A DNA stretch of 64,000 nt from a virus. Shown here piece by piece: positions 29,087 through 38,421 of this stretch. Numbering within the stretch: the first letter of the stretch is position 1; every line of letters begins with the position of its first letter. The position numbers were made by a program, and so were the translations under genes. The notes below the pieces were generated by a model, which was not told the DNA's origin, ran no database searches, and saw only the letters and a list, made by a program, of their open reading frames with translations. Location: the IMG/VR virus record IMGVR_UViG_3300046512_000174, positions 1-64,000 of that record; one strand, 5' to 3'.

Positions 29087-29308
29087 ATGAAAGACAGTAT
29101 TTTGCAGGCGTACCAAGACGAGCGCGATAGCTCGCATCCGGACAGCAAAGCTCCTGCGCTGACGGCGCATGATCACGCGGTTGCTGCCATTGCTGCGCTG
29201 TATTCCGAGAATGACCTACGGCAGGCAGCGGCAATGCGTGGCGCATACGAGCGCAAGCAGCGCCGCGAAGGTCTCGCGGCCCAGCGCAAAGCGAAGGCTG
29301 TCAAATGA
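29087..29308 (+). CDS. Hypothetical protein
   Basis: AAGGA SD, ATGA overlap with next gene. Confidence 0.65.
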   Translation: MKDSILQAYQDERDSSHPDSKAPALTAHDHAVAAIAALYSENDLRQAAAMRGAYERKQRREGLAAQRKAKAVK

Positions 29309-29634
29309 GCCCGGTTATCCTTTGTCCACGGGTTGAAGGCTACGAAACCCTTGAAAGCGTGCTCGACGCCGCGTATGCGCAAGCTGCGCATGGCAAGGGC
29401 AAAGAACGTCACGCCAATGACCTGCCGTTTCACAAGCAGCGTATGCAGTCGATCAGCGATCTGCTCGACTCCGATGAGGGCATGGCTTATCAGGTCATCA
29501 AGAAAATGACCGAAGGCCTGCAATTCACGGATCCGGCCGCGCGCGAGAAAGAATTGCTCGGTGCCATCGTCTACATCGCCGGTATCGTCGTCCGCCAGCG
29601 TCAGTCTTTGGCGGGCACACCCGATGGCCAGTGA
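29305..29634 (+). CDS. Conserved phage hypothetical protein
   Basis: QAAHGKGKERHA...ELLGAIVY pattern, coupled overlaps. Confidence 0.7.
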   Translation: MSPVILCPRVEGYETLESVLDAAYAQAAHGKGKERHANDLPFHKQRMQSISDLLDSDEGMAYQVIKKMTEGLQFTDPAAREKELLGAIVYIAGIVVRQRQSLAGTPDGQ

Positions 29635-30070
29635 AGGCGTAATCCAGAAAGAGATCATCGGTGCCCTCGGCTTCCTTTCTCGCTTATTCCGCCTGAATGG
29701 CGGCAAAGCTTGGATGTCAAACCTCGGTCCAAAGGGCGTTATAACACTCCCTGACGGTTCCAAACTGATCAAGGCGCCGCGCCCGGTCGGACTCGGCTTC
29801 ACCATGACCAACGGTGACAGCGTTCCGGGGCAAAGCGACCTTGGCGGCTGGACCAAGGTGACCATAACGCCGGAGATGGTTGGCAAAGACATTGCCGTTT
29901 TTACCGCCATTGAAACCAAGCGCTCGAAGGGCGGAAAGGCATCCGACGACCAGCTCAATTTCGTCGACCAAGTGCAGCGCCAAGGCGGTATCGCGGGCAT
30001 TGCCAATAGCGTCGACGCCGCTCGTAAAATTATTGAGCAATGGGCTAGTAAAATCGGCGCTATTTTGTAG
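29624..30070 (+). CDS. VRR-NUC domain nuclease
   Basis: E..IQ...GQSDL...AIETKR..G..S.DQ..F...GGIAG. Confidence 0.85.
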   Translation: MASEGVIQKEIIGALGFLSRLFRLNGGKAWMSNLGPKGVITLPDGSKLIKAPRPVGLGFTMTNGDSVPGQSDLGGWTKVTITPEMVGKDIAVFTAIETKRSKGGKASDDQLNFVDQVQRQGGIAGIANSVDAARKIIEQWASKIGAIL

Positions 30071-30130
30071 TATCATCGCGACGCTTCCTATTGCTTAAAG
30101 TGTTGTGGCCCGGGCTTGGGCCGTGTTGTT

Positions 30131-30254
30131 GTGGGCTAGGGTCCGGTTAGCTCCCGAACTCGAAAAGCGCATCCTGATGGCGCCGCCCATTTTTTTTATC
30201 AGTCAGACTTCAGGGGTCAGGATGAACACTTTAATGGGCGGGGACATTCAATGA
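30131..30254 (+). promoter_or_regulatory. Structured primase leader: attenuator-like stem plus 10-codon leader ORF (30222-30254)
   Basis: GTGGGC/GCCCAT stem followed by T tract. CATCCTGA/TCAGGATG and CCGCCCATT/AATGGGCGG complementarities. The uORF stop overlaps the primase ATG (ATGA). Confidence 0.5.
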
Positions 30255-33130
30255 ATGACCACGCGGCAATCAACAAGTTCCTAGAAGCAATGGCGGAACA
30301 AGACATCGTTCCGAGCCAGAACCTTAATTTCGAAGGAAAGCTTGAGCGTTTCCACGTTCAGGGTGATGCCCTCGGCAGCCGAAACGGCTGGGCTATCCTT
30401 CACATCGACAGCGCACCGGCCGGTCAGTTCGGTTGCAACAAGCGTTACGGCGATCATAAGTTCTCTTGGAGCGCTGGCATCAGTGCCACTCCGATGACTG
30501 AAGCCGAAAAGAAAAAACAGCGTGAAGACTGGGCAAAGCAGAAGGCAGAAACAGAGAAGCGCCGCGCTGCTGAGCGTGATGCTGCCGCTGTTCGAGCGCA
30601 GTCCGTCTGGGACGCCAGCGCACCAGCCACTGATGATCATCCGTACCTCGTTCGGAAGGGCGTCAAGGCGCACGGCCTGCGCGTGGGCAAGTGGGAATTC
30701 ATCAATGCCGATACCGGTGAAGTAACCTGTCTGACCAATCAGGCGCTGCTGGTTCCGCTGAGCGACAAGACCCGAAAAATTCACAGCCTGCAGGGCATTT
30801 TCCCCGGCAAAATCCTTGGTCGCGGCGAAGGTGCGCGCGATAAGGACTACCTGAAAAATGGCGCCAAGATTGGCATGTTTCACGCCATCGGCAAGCCGCA
30901 GATGGTCGACGGCAACCCGGTATTCGTTATCTGCGAAGGCTATGCCACCGGCGCATCCATCCATGAAGAAACCAACCATCTGGTGCTGGTCACTTTCGAT
31001 GTGACCAACCTGCTCACGGTTGCCAAGGCGATCCGCGACAGCAAGCCTGATGCGATCATCGTGTTTGCCGTCGATAACGATGTCTGGACCAAAAAGCCAG
31101 TCGAAAACCCGGGCGTCCATTACGCAACGATCGCGGCAAAAGCCGTTGGCGGGCTGCTGGCCATTCCGCCATTCGTCCATGCCGATGGCACCCAAGATTC
31201 GGCCGGCAAGTGGTCTGGCCCCACTGACTTCAATGATTTGCAGGTGCGTGATGGTGCTGGCGCGATAAAGGCCATCTTCGACGACGTCATTGCAAACCGA
31301 AGCCTGCCGCCAGAGCCCGAGCCAGAACCTCCGATGCCTTGGGAGGACGGTCCACCCGACTACCTCACCGAAGACATCCCGCCGGCGGCATTGGATGATT
31401 CAGCCGATAGCGCATCATCTCCACCGGCAGAGCCACCAGCGGCGGCAAGCGGCGGCCCGAAAGACCCGATTGTCCCCGCTGAAAAGGATGAAGACGATCT
31501 GGTCAAGAATGCCCACTTCACGATCCTCGGTTACGATGGGCAGACCTATTTCCTGTTCCAGCACGAAAAGAAACAGGTGCTGGAGATCACCAAAAAGGAC
31601 CTGAGCGATGTTGGCCTGATCGAGCTGGCCGACCTTTACTGGTGGGAGATGAATTTCGGCAACGGCAACGGCGGGATCGACAAAAAGGCCGTTGCTCAGT
31701 GGCTGTTCCGCACGGCGAACGGTCGCGGTATCTACGATCCTTCGCGGATCCGTGGGCGTGGTGCATGGGCTGATAAAGGGCGCGCGGTGTTCCACCACGG
31801 CTCCTACCTGACCGTAAATGGCGAGCACACCGACATCACCGCCATCAAATCAGCCTACGTCTACCCGATGGCGCGCGAACTGCCGCAGCCGTCAGAGACG
31901 CCGCTGACCGATGCGGAAGGCGACCATCTCGTCGGCGTTGCCGATATGGTCCGCTGGAACATGCCGGGCAGCGCGGCGCTGATGGCCGGCTTCGTGATGC
32001 TGGCTCCGATCTGCGGTGCGCTGACATGGCGTCCCCACATCTGGCTGACAGGCGTGGCCGGCTCTGGCAAGTCAACCGTTCAGAACAAGTTCTGCGCGGC
32101 CCTGCTGCGTGGTGTTGGCCAGTACTACTCTGGCGACAGTACAGAGGCCGGTATCCGTCAAGATCTCAAGGCAGACGCGCTGCCGGTGCTGATCGATGAG
32201 GCTGAATCGAACAACGAGCGCGACAAGCAGCGGATCGAGAACGTCATCGGCCTGATCCGGAAAACCTCGACCGAGTCGCAGATGCACACGGCCAAGGGCA
32301 CCGTTTCCGGAAACAGCCAGCACTTCCAAATCAGGTCGATGTTCTGTCTGGCTTCGATCAACGTCAACCTGCCGACCAAGGCCGATATCGACCGCCTGAC
32401 CATCCTCTCGATCAAGAAGGCAAAAGAGGGTGACGTCGACAACTGGCCTGAGCTTGAGGCTGAGCTGAACAAGATTGATCAGGACGAAACCATGTCCAGC
32501 CGGCTGTTGGCCCGCGCGCTAAAGCTGATGCCGGTGATCCTCGAATCGGTGAAGGTGTTCCGCAAGGCCGCCGCCATCCACTTCAAGGACCAGCGCTATG
32601 GTGACCAGTTCGGCACCCTGCTGGCGGGCTGCTGGTGTCTGATGAAAAGCTACGTGCCGCAGGAATATGAGGCACTGGCCATGATCAAGGGCTACAACTG
32701 GCAGGAGCACACCGAAGATCAGGATCAGGATGACTCGGCCAAGGCGCTTGAGGCGCTGCTGAGCGCGAAGATTCGCCTGCCGGGCAATCTAGGTGACCTG
32801 ACGGTCTACGAGCTGATACGCGAGTCGACAACGTCGTTCCGTCACGGTGGCGGCGTTGATATGGACGTGGCCGACCAAACGCTGCGCCGTCACGGGATCC
32901 TCGTCGAGAGCGGGCGCCTGTTGTTCGGTACCGGCGTGAGCAACCTCAAAGAGCTGATCGCCAAGATGCCAGCCATCACCAACTTGCGCGACCAGCTGCT
33001 GCGAGTGAAGGACGCCGATCGAGTGGGCACCAAGAGCTTCAACGGTACCAAGTCAAAGTGCGTGTCTATCCCTCTAGTTCCGATCCTCGGCGAGGCAAAC
33101 AAGGAGGAGGACGACGGCAAGCCGTTCTGA
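30251..33130 (+). CDS. Primase-helicase (TOPRIM primase plus C-terminal P-loop domain)
   Basis: HPYLVRKGV, ICEGYATGASI, VDND, DFND, GVAGSGKST, LIDEAE. Confidence 0.9.
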   Translation: MNDHAAINKFLEAMAEQDIVPSQNLNFEGKLERFHVQGDALGSRNGWAILHIDSAPAGQFGCNKRYGDHKFSWSAGISATPMTEAEKKKQREDWAKQKAETEKRRAAERDAAAVRAQSVWDASAPATDDHPYLVRKGVKAHGLRVGKWEFINADTGEVTCLTNQALLVPLSDKTRKIHSLQGIFPGKILGRGEGARDKDYLKNGAKIGMFHAIGKPQMVDGNPVFVICEGYATGASIHEETNHLVLVTFDVTNLLTVAKAIRDSKPDAIIVFAVDNDVWTKKPVENPGVHYATIAAKAVGGLLAIPPFVHADGTQDSAGKWSGPTDFNDLQVRDGAGAIKAIFDDVIANRSLPPEPEPEPPMPWEDGPPDYLTEDIPPAALDDSADSASSPPAEPPAAASGGPKDPIVPAEKDEDDLVKNAHFTILGYDGQTYFLFQHEKKQVLEITKKDLSDVGLIELADLYWWEMNFGNGNGGIDKKAVAQWLFRTANGRGIYDPSRIRGRGAWADKGRAVFHHGSYLTVNGEHTDITAIKSAYVYPMARELPQPSETPLTDAEGDHLVGVADMVRWNMPGSAALMAGFVMLAPICGALTWRPHIWLTGVAGSGKSTVQNKFCAALLRGVGQYYSGDSTEAGIRQDLKADALPVLIDEAESNNERDKQRIENVIGLIRKTSTESQMHTAKGTVSGNSQHFQIRSMFCLASINVNLPTKADIDRLTILSIKKAKEGDVDNWPELEAELNKIDQDETMSSRLLARALKLMPVILESVKVFRKAAAIHFKDQRYGDQFGTLLAGCWCLMKSYVPQEYEALAMIKGYNWQEHTEDQDQDDSAKALEALLSAKIRLPGNLGDLTVYELIRESTTSFRHGGGVDMDVADQTLRRHGILVESGRLLFGTGVSNLKELIAKMPAITNLRDQLLRVKDADRVGTKSFNGTKSKCVSIPLVPILGEANKEEDDGKPF

Positions 33131-33145
33131 CCATTCGGAAACGAC

Positions 33146-33170
33146 AAAGCCCGCAAATGCGGGCTTTTTT
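33146..33170. terminator. Bidirectional terminator at convergence
   Basis: AAAGCCCGC-AAAT-GCGGGCTTTTTT between convergent operons. Confidence 0.85.
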
Positions 33171-33181
33171 GTGGGCAGGAT

Positions 33182-33397
33182 TCAGTCTGGCTTGATCGGT
33201 CGACCCAGCATCCCGAAGTCAGCCCAGAGTGCTTCACGCTCTCCGCAGTGTGTGCATTCGCGGATTTTCATGCTGATGTATCGAACCCATATGTGTTTCC
33301 CGGGGCAGGGCGCTCCGTTCGGACGCCACTCCCAGATATCCGTGTTCGGGATCTCGGCTACGGCGCCGGGCGTCCATTTATCTACTTTGAATTGCAT
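33182..33397 (-). CDS. Hypothetical zinc-ribbon protein
   Basis: MQFKVDKW..., C..H...CTHC. Confidence 0.6.
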   Translation of the reverse strand: MQFKVDKWTPGAVAEIPNTDIWEWRPNGAPCPGKHIWVRYISMKIRECTHCGEREALWADFGMLGRPIKPD

Positions 33398-33409
33398 TGC
33401 GTACCCCAT

Positions 33410-33433
33410 AAAAAAGCCCGGCACTGGCCGGGC
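33410..33433 (-). terminator. Rho-independent terminator
   Basis: GCCCGGC-CAGT-GCCGGGCTTTTTT on minus strand. Confidence 0.75.
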
Positions 33434-33449
33434 GGTCTGCAGGTCGGCG

Positions 33450-33734
33450 TTACGGGATCCAGACCTGCCAAGTGAAGTCGGTCCAGTCGGCATGCTCGAC
33501 GAGGGCCTTTTCCAGTTCGGCTTTGGCGAAGGCCGCTGCCGACCAATATGGCATCACGCTGGTGTCCATGTTCAGGCGGATCACCGGGCGCTGTGTGGCA
33601 CCGGGCTCGAACGGAAGGTCGATGATGAGGCGGATGTGCCATCGGCGCTGCGAGTTGGTGAAGGTGCGAGGCCCAACAAACACGCCAACGCCCTGCTTGT
33701 GCTTGCTGTGGACAAAATTACTCAGGTGCCTCAT
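33450..33734 (-). CDS. Hypothetical protein
   Basis: AGGAGG SD, ATGA overlap. Confidence 0.65.
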   Translation of the reverse strand: MRHLSNFVHSKHKQGVGVFVGPRTFTNSQRRWHIRLIIDLPFEPGATQRPVIRLNMDTSVMPYWSAAAFAKAELEKALVEHADWTDFTWQVWIP

Positions 33735-33904
33735 GCAGCCTCCTGACTGAAGGACCGGGCTTCCTGCCATGTTTCCCAGCGAACCTGAACCCCACGATTG
33801 GAGTAACGGCCGCGCCCGTTGACATGCAGACGTGTGACCCGGGCAATCAGGTCGACGCTGTATTTACGGCAATACCACTGTTCAAAAAGTTCGCGCTCTG
33901 TCAT
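33731..33904 (-). CDS. Small hypothetical protein (57 aa, absent from ORF track)
   Basis: MTERELFEQWYCRKY...RWETWQEARS, overlaps both neighbours by ATGA. Confidence 0.65.
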   Translation of the reverse strand: MTERELFEQWYCRKYSVDLIARVTRLHVNGRGRYSNRGVQVRWETWQEARSFSQEAA

Positions 33905-34140
33905 TTGCGAGGAGGCCCTAAAATTGCTTCAACCTTGACCATGGCGGCCCGGACTCGCGCTCGGCTTGCGGCCGCATCGATCTTGTTCTGAGCGTTCACC
34001 CGAAGCCAGTACTGCTCCATCTGGGCAAATTGCTCATCACGGGATGATCGTGCGGACGGGTCTGTTCGCCGGGCGATATCGCGATCCATCTGCCGTGCTT
34101 GCGGGCTGTCCGCGTATTCGATTGCTTCGTTCATGCTCAC
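33901..34140 (-). CDS. Hypothetical protein
   Basis: Coupled overlaps in early array. Confidence 0.6.
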   Translation of the reverse strand: MSMNEAIEYADSPQARQMDRDIARRTDPSARSSRDEQFAQMEQYWLRVNAQNKIDAAASRARVRAAMVKVEAILGPPRK

Positions 34141-34676
34141 TTGCTCAGCTCCATGTCTGCATCATGCCAGCCAGCCATCCACCACCCGCGAAGTACTCGG
34201 TCAAGACCAGATGGCGGTGAATTATTCGCATGGCAGGCCCGAGCCTGCTTGCCTTCGGCGTAGGCATCTTCTGGTTTGACCTTAACGTCACACGGCCCGG
34301 CCAGTGCAATCTCGATCCGGCGTAGAGTGACCGCTTCGGCCACTTCCAGACGAAAGGAGTCGGTCACCCTGATCGACTTCCCATGCCCTGCTATCCGTAG
34401 CCAGCCGCCACCACCTTCTGCTCGAGTGGCTTGCGTATAGCTCATCATCAGCGAGCGCTTCACCAGAAGGCCGGGGGAACAGCAGACAAAATCAGCGGTG
34501 TACTCAGCAGCAAGCAGACGAATCGTCATGCGGGCAGGCAGATAAAGCGATCGCCCATCGATCAGATCCGCCATGACGACGCGGTCGTCTGCCCGGAACC
34601 ACATGACGCTGTCGACTGAGAATTTGGTGACGCAGTCACCAAGTCTGGCACTGAGAATTTTGCGAGCGGGTTTCAC
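34137..34676 (-). CDS. LytTR-like domain protein with C-terminal Rmf-like motif
   Basis: VDSVMWFRADDRVV...TIRLL...F.CCS..LLV (LytTR-like) and AYAEGKQA...P...R.WWMAGWHDA (Rmf-like). Confidence 0.55.
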   Translation of the reverse strand: MKPARKILSARLGDCVTKFSVDSVMWFRADDRVVMADLIDGRSLYLPARMTIRLLAAEYTADFVCCSPGLLVKRSLMMSYTQATRAEGGGGWLRIAGHGKSIRVTDSFRLEVAEAVTLRRIEIALAGPCDVKVKPEDAYAEGKQARACHANNSPPSGLDRVLRGWWMAGWHDADMELSK

Positions 34677-35206
34677 AGATCGTGACCGCTGGCGATCGGC
34701 TGCATACGCTTGGCGAAGTCTTCGGGCTCACGGAAAAACAACTTACCGCTGGCAATATCGCGGTACGCCCGACCAACCAACCCCTTGGCCTGACCGGCAC
34801 CGGTAATGGTGCCCAGCACGGCATATTCGCCGCCCTTGCTGAGGCTGGTGAAGCGCGCAACGCCTTGCAGGGCATCACGCTCGGCGGTCACCTTGGTCAG
34901 CGCTGCCAAGGCCCACGCCATGAGGCCTGACTGATCAACTGGGCGCACGTTGCGGGCATTGCCGACCAACCAGCTTTGCAGCTCAGCAGCTTCGGCGCTG
35001 TCGCGCTTGCGGGCTGCAACGGCGACCTCATCGAGCGGTTGAGCCGGTGCCGCTGCGACCATCTTGGCGAAGTTACTCGCCATGTTTTCGCGGTTGCGGG
35101 CTTGGGTCAGGCAGCACTGCGGCTCGATCAAGCCAACAAATGGCGCGTTGGCCATCTCCGGAGTGGCAGTCGTTGGCAGCATTTGCCACTGAATCGGCTT
35201 TTCCAT
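34673..35206 (-). CDS. Hypothetical protein
   Basis: GGGG SD, 177 aa, KGGEY...F.RE..DF..RM C-terminal module. Confidence 0.65.
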   Translation of the reverse strand: MEKPIQWQMLPTTATPEMANAPFVGLIEPQCCLTQARNRENMASNFAKMVAAAPAQPLDEVAVAARKRDSAEAAELQSWLVGNARNVRPVDQSGLMAWALAALTKVTAERDALQGVARFTSLSKGGEYAVLGTITGAGQAKGLVGRAYRDIASGKLFFREPEDFAKRMQPIASGHDL

Positions 35207-35219
35207 GGTTTTCCCCTTT

Positions 35220-35336
35220 TTAGATCGATGAGTGAACGAAAGCGATACCGCAAACGACCAGAATCAGCAGCGCCGAAACCCAGAGATGGGCCTTTGTTAT
35301 TTCCGCTTCGTGGTGCCGCTTGGTTTGGTTGCGCAT
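35220..35336 (-). CDS. 38-aa single-TM microprotein (absent from ORF track)
   Basis: MRNQTKRHHEAEITKAHLWVSALLILVVCGIAFVHSSI, AGGAG SD, first gene after early promoter. Confidence 0.6.
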   Translation of the reverse strand: MRNQTKRHHEAEITKAHLWVSALLILVVCGIAFVHSSI

Positions 35337-35366
35337 CGACTTCGCTCCTGCGTTTATGATGCCCAA

Positions 35367-35400
35367 ATAATAACGCCGTTACTCATATTTGAGCAACGGC
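35367..35400 (-). promoter_or_regulatory. Early sigma70-like promoter with palindromic operator
   Basis: TTGCTC-N18-TATTAT, palindrome TTACTCATATTTGAGCAA 35379-35396. Confidence 0.75.
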
Positions 35401-35427
35401 GCATGTAGAACTGTTTGGAATATGCGA

Positions 35428-35619
35428 TTAGCTATTTTCGCAATCAACCTTATTAAAACCGGGTGGCAGCGGGATAGGGCTGTACTGCTTGGAAAGGATC
35501 ATCTGACGCACCTTCTCACATCCGTCCATTGTCATGCTGGGTGGCAATTCGAGTTTCTGAGTCACTACGCATTTTTCAAGTGCAGCGTTGACGCAAGCGG
35601 CGAAAATCAGGCTGATCAT
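35428..35619 (-). CDS. Small hypothetical protein
   Basis: MISLIFAACV..., AAGGA SD. Confidence 0.55.
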   Translation of the reverse strand: MISLIFAACVNAALEKCVVTQKLELPPSMTMDGCEKVRQMILSKQYSPIPLPPGFNKVDCENS

Positions 35620-35638
35620 GGGTTGGCTTCCTTGTTGA

Positions 35639-36253
35639 TTATGGGGCGTTGCAGGCGCCGCAGTTCGGGCAGGCACCATAGTTCTGTGATTCTGTAAGGA
35701 ACCGACCGCACGGCTCGCAGCGGTAGGTATAACGGGTGCGCTTGCGTTTGAATCGCTTGATACCGGATCCGCTCAGGGCTTCGGCGAGGCTCAGCTTGCC
35801 TTGATGGACCAGACGCCGGGTTTTCGTCTCGATGTAGGCCAGCGGCCAGATAATTTCGTTTTCACTCAGTCTCTTGGCATGCTCGAGTGAAATGCGGTGA
35901 GCCTGCTCGAACTTTGGCGATGTGCCGATCGGCCACCGCGCCCAGATCAGATCGTTGCCGTTCCACTCGCCCTTGACTTGCACCACGCACTGGCAGCCTT
36001 CTACCAGCATCGGCGCAGCCTCCTCGGCGCGCACATACTGGTGGTCGACGCCGAGGTGCGCGCGCTGGTCGATGTAGGCCTTCGGCCAAGGAATGTCATC
36101 GCCACAGCGATCTTCGTGCAGCTTCTGCGCGCGATCGCGGGTGAATACCTCGGCCCTGTCCAGATCAGTGCAATAACCACCGCCCAGCGCCCAGAACATC
36201 AGGCCGTCGCCGGTATTGCCGTGCGGGCTCTGCAGGTAAAATTCGTCAATCAT
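35639..36253 (-). CDS. Hypothetical protein with internal tandem duplication and C-terminal zinc ribbon
   Basis: Repeats ending IPWPKAYID and IIWPLAYIE, CEPC...CPNC. Confidence 0.7.
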   Translation of the reverse strand: MIDEFYLQSPHGNTGDGLMFWALGGGYCTDLDRAEVFTRDRAQKLHEDRCGDDIPWPKAYIDQRAHLGVDHQYVRAEEAAPMLVEGCQCVVQVKGEWNGNDLIWARWPIGTSPKFEQAHRISLEHAKRLSENEIIWPLAYIETKTRRLVHQGKLSLAEALSGSGIKRFKRKRTRYTYRCEPCGRFLTESQNYGACPNCGACNAP

Positions 36254-37011
36254 TGAGCCACCTCTACTGGCGCTTGCTCGATCGCCGTACCCAGCGCCTT
36301 CATCGCCATGATCGCCTTGGCGGCGTGGTTGATCATGTAGAGGTTGCCGTAGACGCTTTCGCGCACTTTCTCAACGCTCTCGCTGTCGACTTCGGCCATG
36401 TGCAGGTCATCACCGCTTTCCTGCACGAAGATCATGGCGGCCTCGGTGTATTCGATATCCTCGGCCTCCTGCATCATGTCGTAGAGGTTCGTCCAGCTCA
36501 GGTCAACTTCGTGCTCTCGCATCGAGTCAACAAAGGCCATGACCTCGGCGTAGATCTCGCGGGACTGAAGGTCGGTGTTGTTTACCCACTCCGGCCACTT
36601 CTCCGCTTCATCTTCAGATGAAATTTCAGTGATCCGCGAGCAGGCGCCTTTGACCACCAGCTCACGCCAGCGATCCTGATCGAACTCGAACTCCTTGCAC
36701 TTCGGGTCGAGCTTGCTGTGGATGTAATACTGGACGTCATCTTTTGCCAGAAACTCCATCCCGTAATAGCTGCCGACCACAAAGGACATGTTTTCGATAT
36801 CGCCGACGACGCTGATTCCGAAGCGGGTGATCAGGATGTCGAAGGCATGAAATGTGCTGCGCGGATCCTTGCAGCGCCACGCCTCGACCGGGCCTGTCGC
36901 GATCTGGGTGTAGCGGTGGTCAAACATGTTTTCGGCAGCGCGGGCCTTGTAGCGATCTTCGGTCGCCTTGCGTTCGGCGATGTATTCCGCATGTGATTTT
37001 TCAGTGTTCAT
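36250..37011 (-). CDS. Hypothetical protein
   Basis: 253 aa, coupled overlaps. Confidence 0.7.
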   Translation of the reverse strand: MNTEKSHAEYIAERKATEDRYKARAAENMFDHRYTQIATGPVEAWRCKDPRSTFHAFDILITRFGISVVGDIENMSFVVGSYYGMEFLAKDDVQYYIHSKLDPKCKEFEFDQDRWRELVVKGACSRITEISSEDEAEKWPEWVNNTDLQSREIYAEVMAFVDSMREHEVDLSWTNLYDMMQEAEDIEYTEAAMIFVQESGDDLHMAEVDSESVEKVRESVYGNLYMINHAAKAIMAMKALGTAIEQAPVEVAQ

Positions 37012-37436
37012 CAGCAGTCCCAGTTCAGGCCTTCGTAATATTCAGGAGTACCGCAGTTCGTGTCTTCGATCGGCGCTAAGGCGGCAGCGATCAGTTCATC
37101 GACCTTTTCCTTTGCCGCCTTGGCGGTGGCCATCGCGTATTCGAGGTGCAACAGATGGCGAACCTTGCGCTGCTGGAACGAATGCAGCGCCTGCGTGCGA
37201 TCGGCATAGCAGTATTGAAGTCGGGCACGGTCCTTGCTGATTTTGCGACGCTGTTTCGTCAGCCAGTCCGGGCCGAATGCAAACGCGTGCTCAGCAACGT
37301 ATTTGGTGACCACGTACCAATAGAACGGCGTCTGGCCAACCACCACGAACGTGTCGCATACCAGCGTGACGCCGTCCGGGCCGCCCTCTGCGCGATAGCG
37401 ATAATGGTCTGGTCCAATTTTCACTTTTGCATTCAT
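37011..37436 (-). CDS. Hypothetical protein
   Basis: ATGA overlap with upstream gene. Confidence 0.65.
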   Translation of the reverse strand: MNAKVKIGPDHYRYRAEGGPDGVTLVCDTFVVVGQTPFYWYVVTKYVAEHAFAFGPDWLTKQRRKISKDRARLQYCYADRTQALHSFQQRKVRHLLHLEYAMATAKAAKEKVDELIAAALAPIEDTNCGTPEYYEGLNWDC

Positions 37437-37918
37437 GCGAATTGTTCCTCGGCTTCCCGCTGCGCGGCTTTGTATTTTTTGAGGGCTTCCTTGTAGCTGG
37501 CCTTGGCTTCCGCTGCCGTTAGCGACCACTCACCTTCTACGTCCCGGTCATAGAGAGAATCGTAGCCGGAACGGGTGCGGTACATGCGGAACTGGCGCCG
37601 GCCATCAACAACCCGGCGTTCACGGTGTGGTTTGTTGATCCGAAGCCATTCATGGAAGTAGAGGCCAGACTCGTCGTGCTGGAACTCTTCGTAGTTCGAC
37701 CGGCGCGGCGGCTTCGGCAGCTTCTCGGCCAGTTCGCCATAGACGATGCCATCGGTTGGGTGATGCGGGCGCGGACGGCGCTTCGGATCATCGTCGAGCA
37801 CCACGCCGATATAGGCGTTGATGGCGGACATGATGATCCCGGGCTTGCCGTAGGCCACCACGCGGCGGCCAACCACGGCTGGCACCGCGTAATATTCGCG
37901 GATGTAGGACAGGCTCAT
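37433..37918 (-). CDS. Conserved phage hypothetical protein
   Basis: YIREYYAVPA..G.RV...GKPG.I...HP motif. Confidence 0.7.
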   Translation of the reverse strand: MSLSYIREYYAVPAVVGRRVVAYGKPGIIMSAINAYIGVVLDDDPKRRPRPHHPTDGIVYGELAEKLPKPPRRSNYEEFQHDESGLYFHEWLRINKPHRERRVVDGRRQFRMYRTRSGYDSLYDRDVEGEWSLTAAEAKASYKEALKKYKAAQREAEEQFA

Positions 37919-38412
37919 TTGACTGGAGCCAGACCGGCCGCCGCGAAGGCTTCATTGACCTTAGCGTTCAGCGTGTCACGGGTGATGGTCTGGACTTTGT
38001 AGTCAACCATTTTCTGGATACTCGGTTCCATACCGTCTTGCCACTTGGTCAGCCGCTCCTCGATCAGCTCGACCATACGGGTTTCAACATGATCCTTGAA
38101 TACCTGCTCAACCTTCGCCTTGATGGCGACGGCCAAACCGCCACCCTCACGAACCTCCAGAACCTTCTGCCAGCCTTTTCGCTCGAACAGTGATTCCATG
38201 ATGCCTTCGGCATCTATTTTTTTGGTGGCTTCGTCGACGTGCGCTTTGAGCGCGCCAGTGACTTGTTCAGTCAGCTGGCCCTTAACGAATTTTCCGGCGG
38301 CCTCGGCCAGCACAGCAGACTGCAGCTGGACGCGGGCCTCGGTGCCTTCAGGAAACAGCGCGTTCAATGCCGAGGTGTTCAGTCGCAGGATTACTTGTTC
38401 GCCAATGTTCAT
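37915..38412 (-). CDS. Hypothetical protein
   Basis: GAGG SD, helical 165 aa. Confidence 0.65.
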   Translation of the reverse strand: MNIGEQVILRLNTSALNALFPEGTEARVQLQSAVLAEAAGKFVKGQLTEQVTGALKAHVDEATKKIDAEGIMESLFERKGWQKVLEVREGGGLAVAIKAKVEQVFKDHVETRMVELIEERLTKWQDGMEPSIQKMVDYKVQTITRDTLNAKVNEAFAAAGLAPVK

Positions 38413-38421
38413 AGGTGTTCC

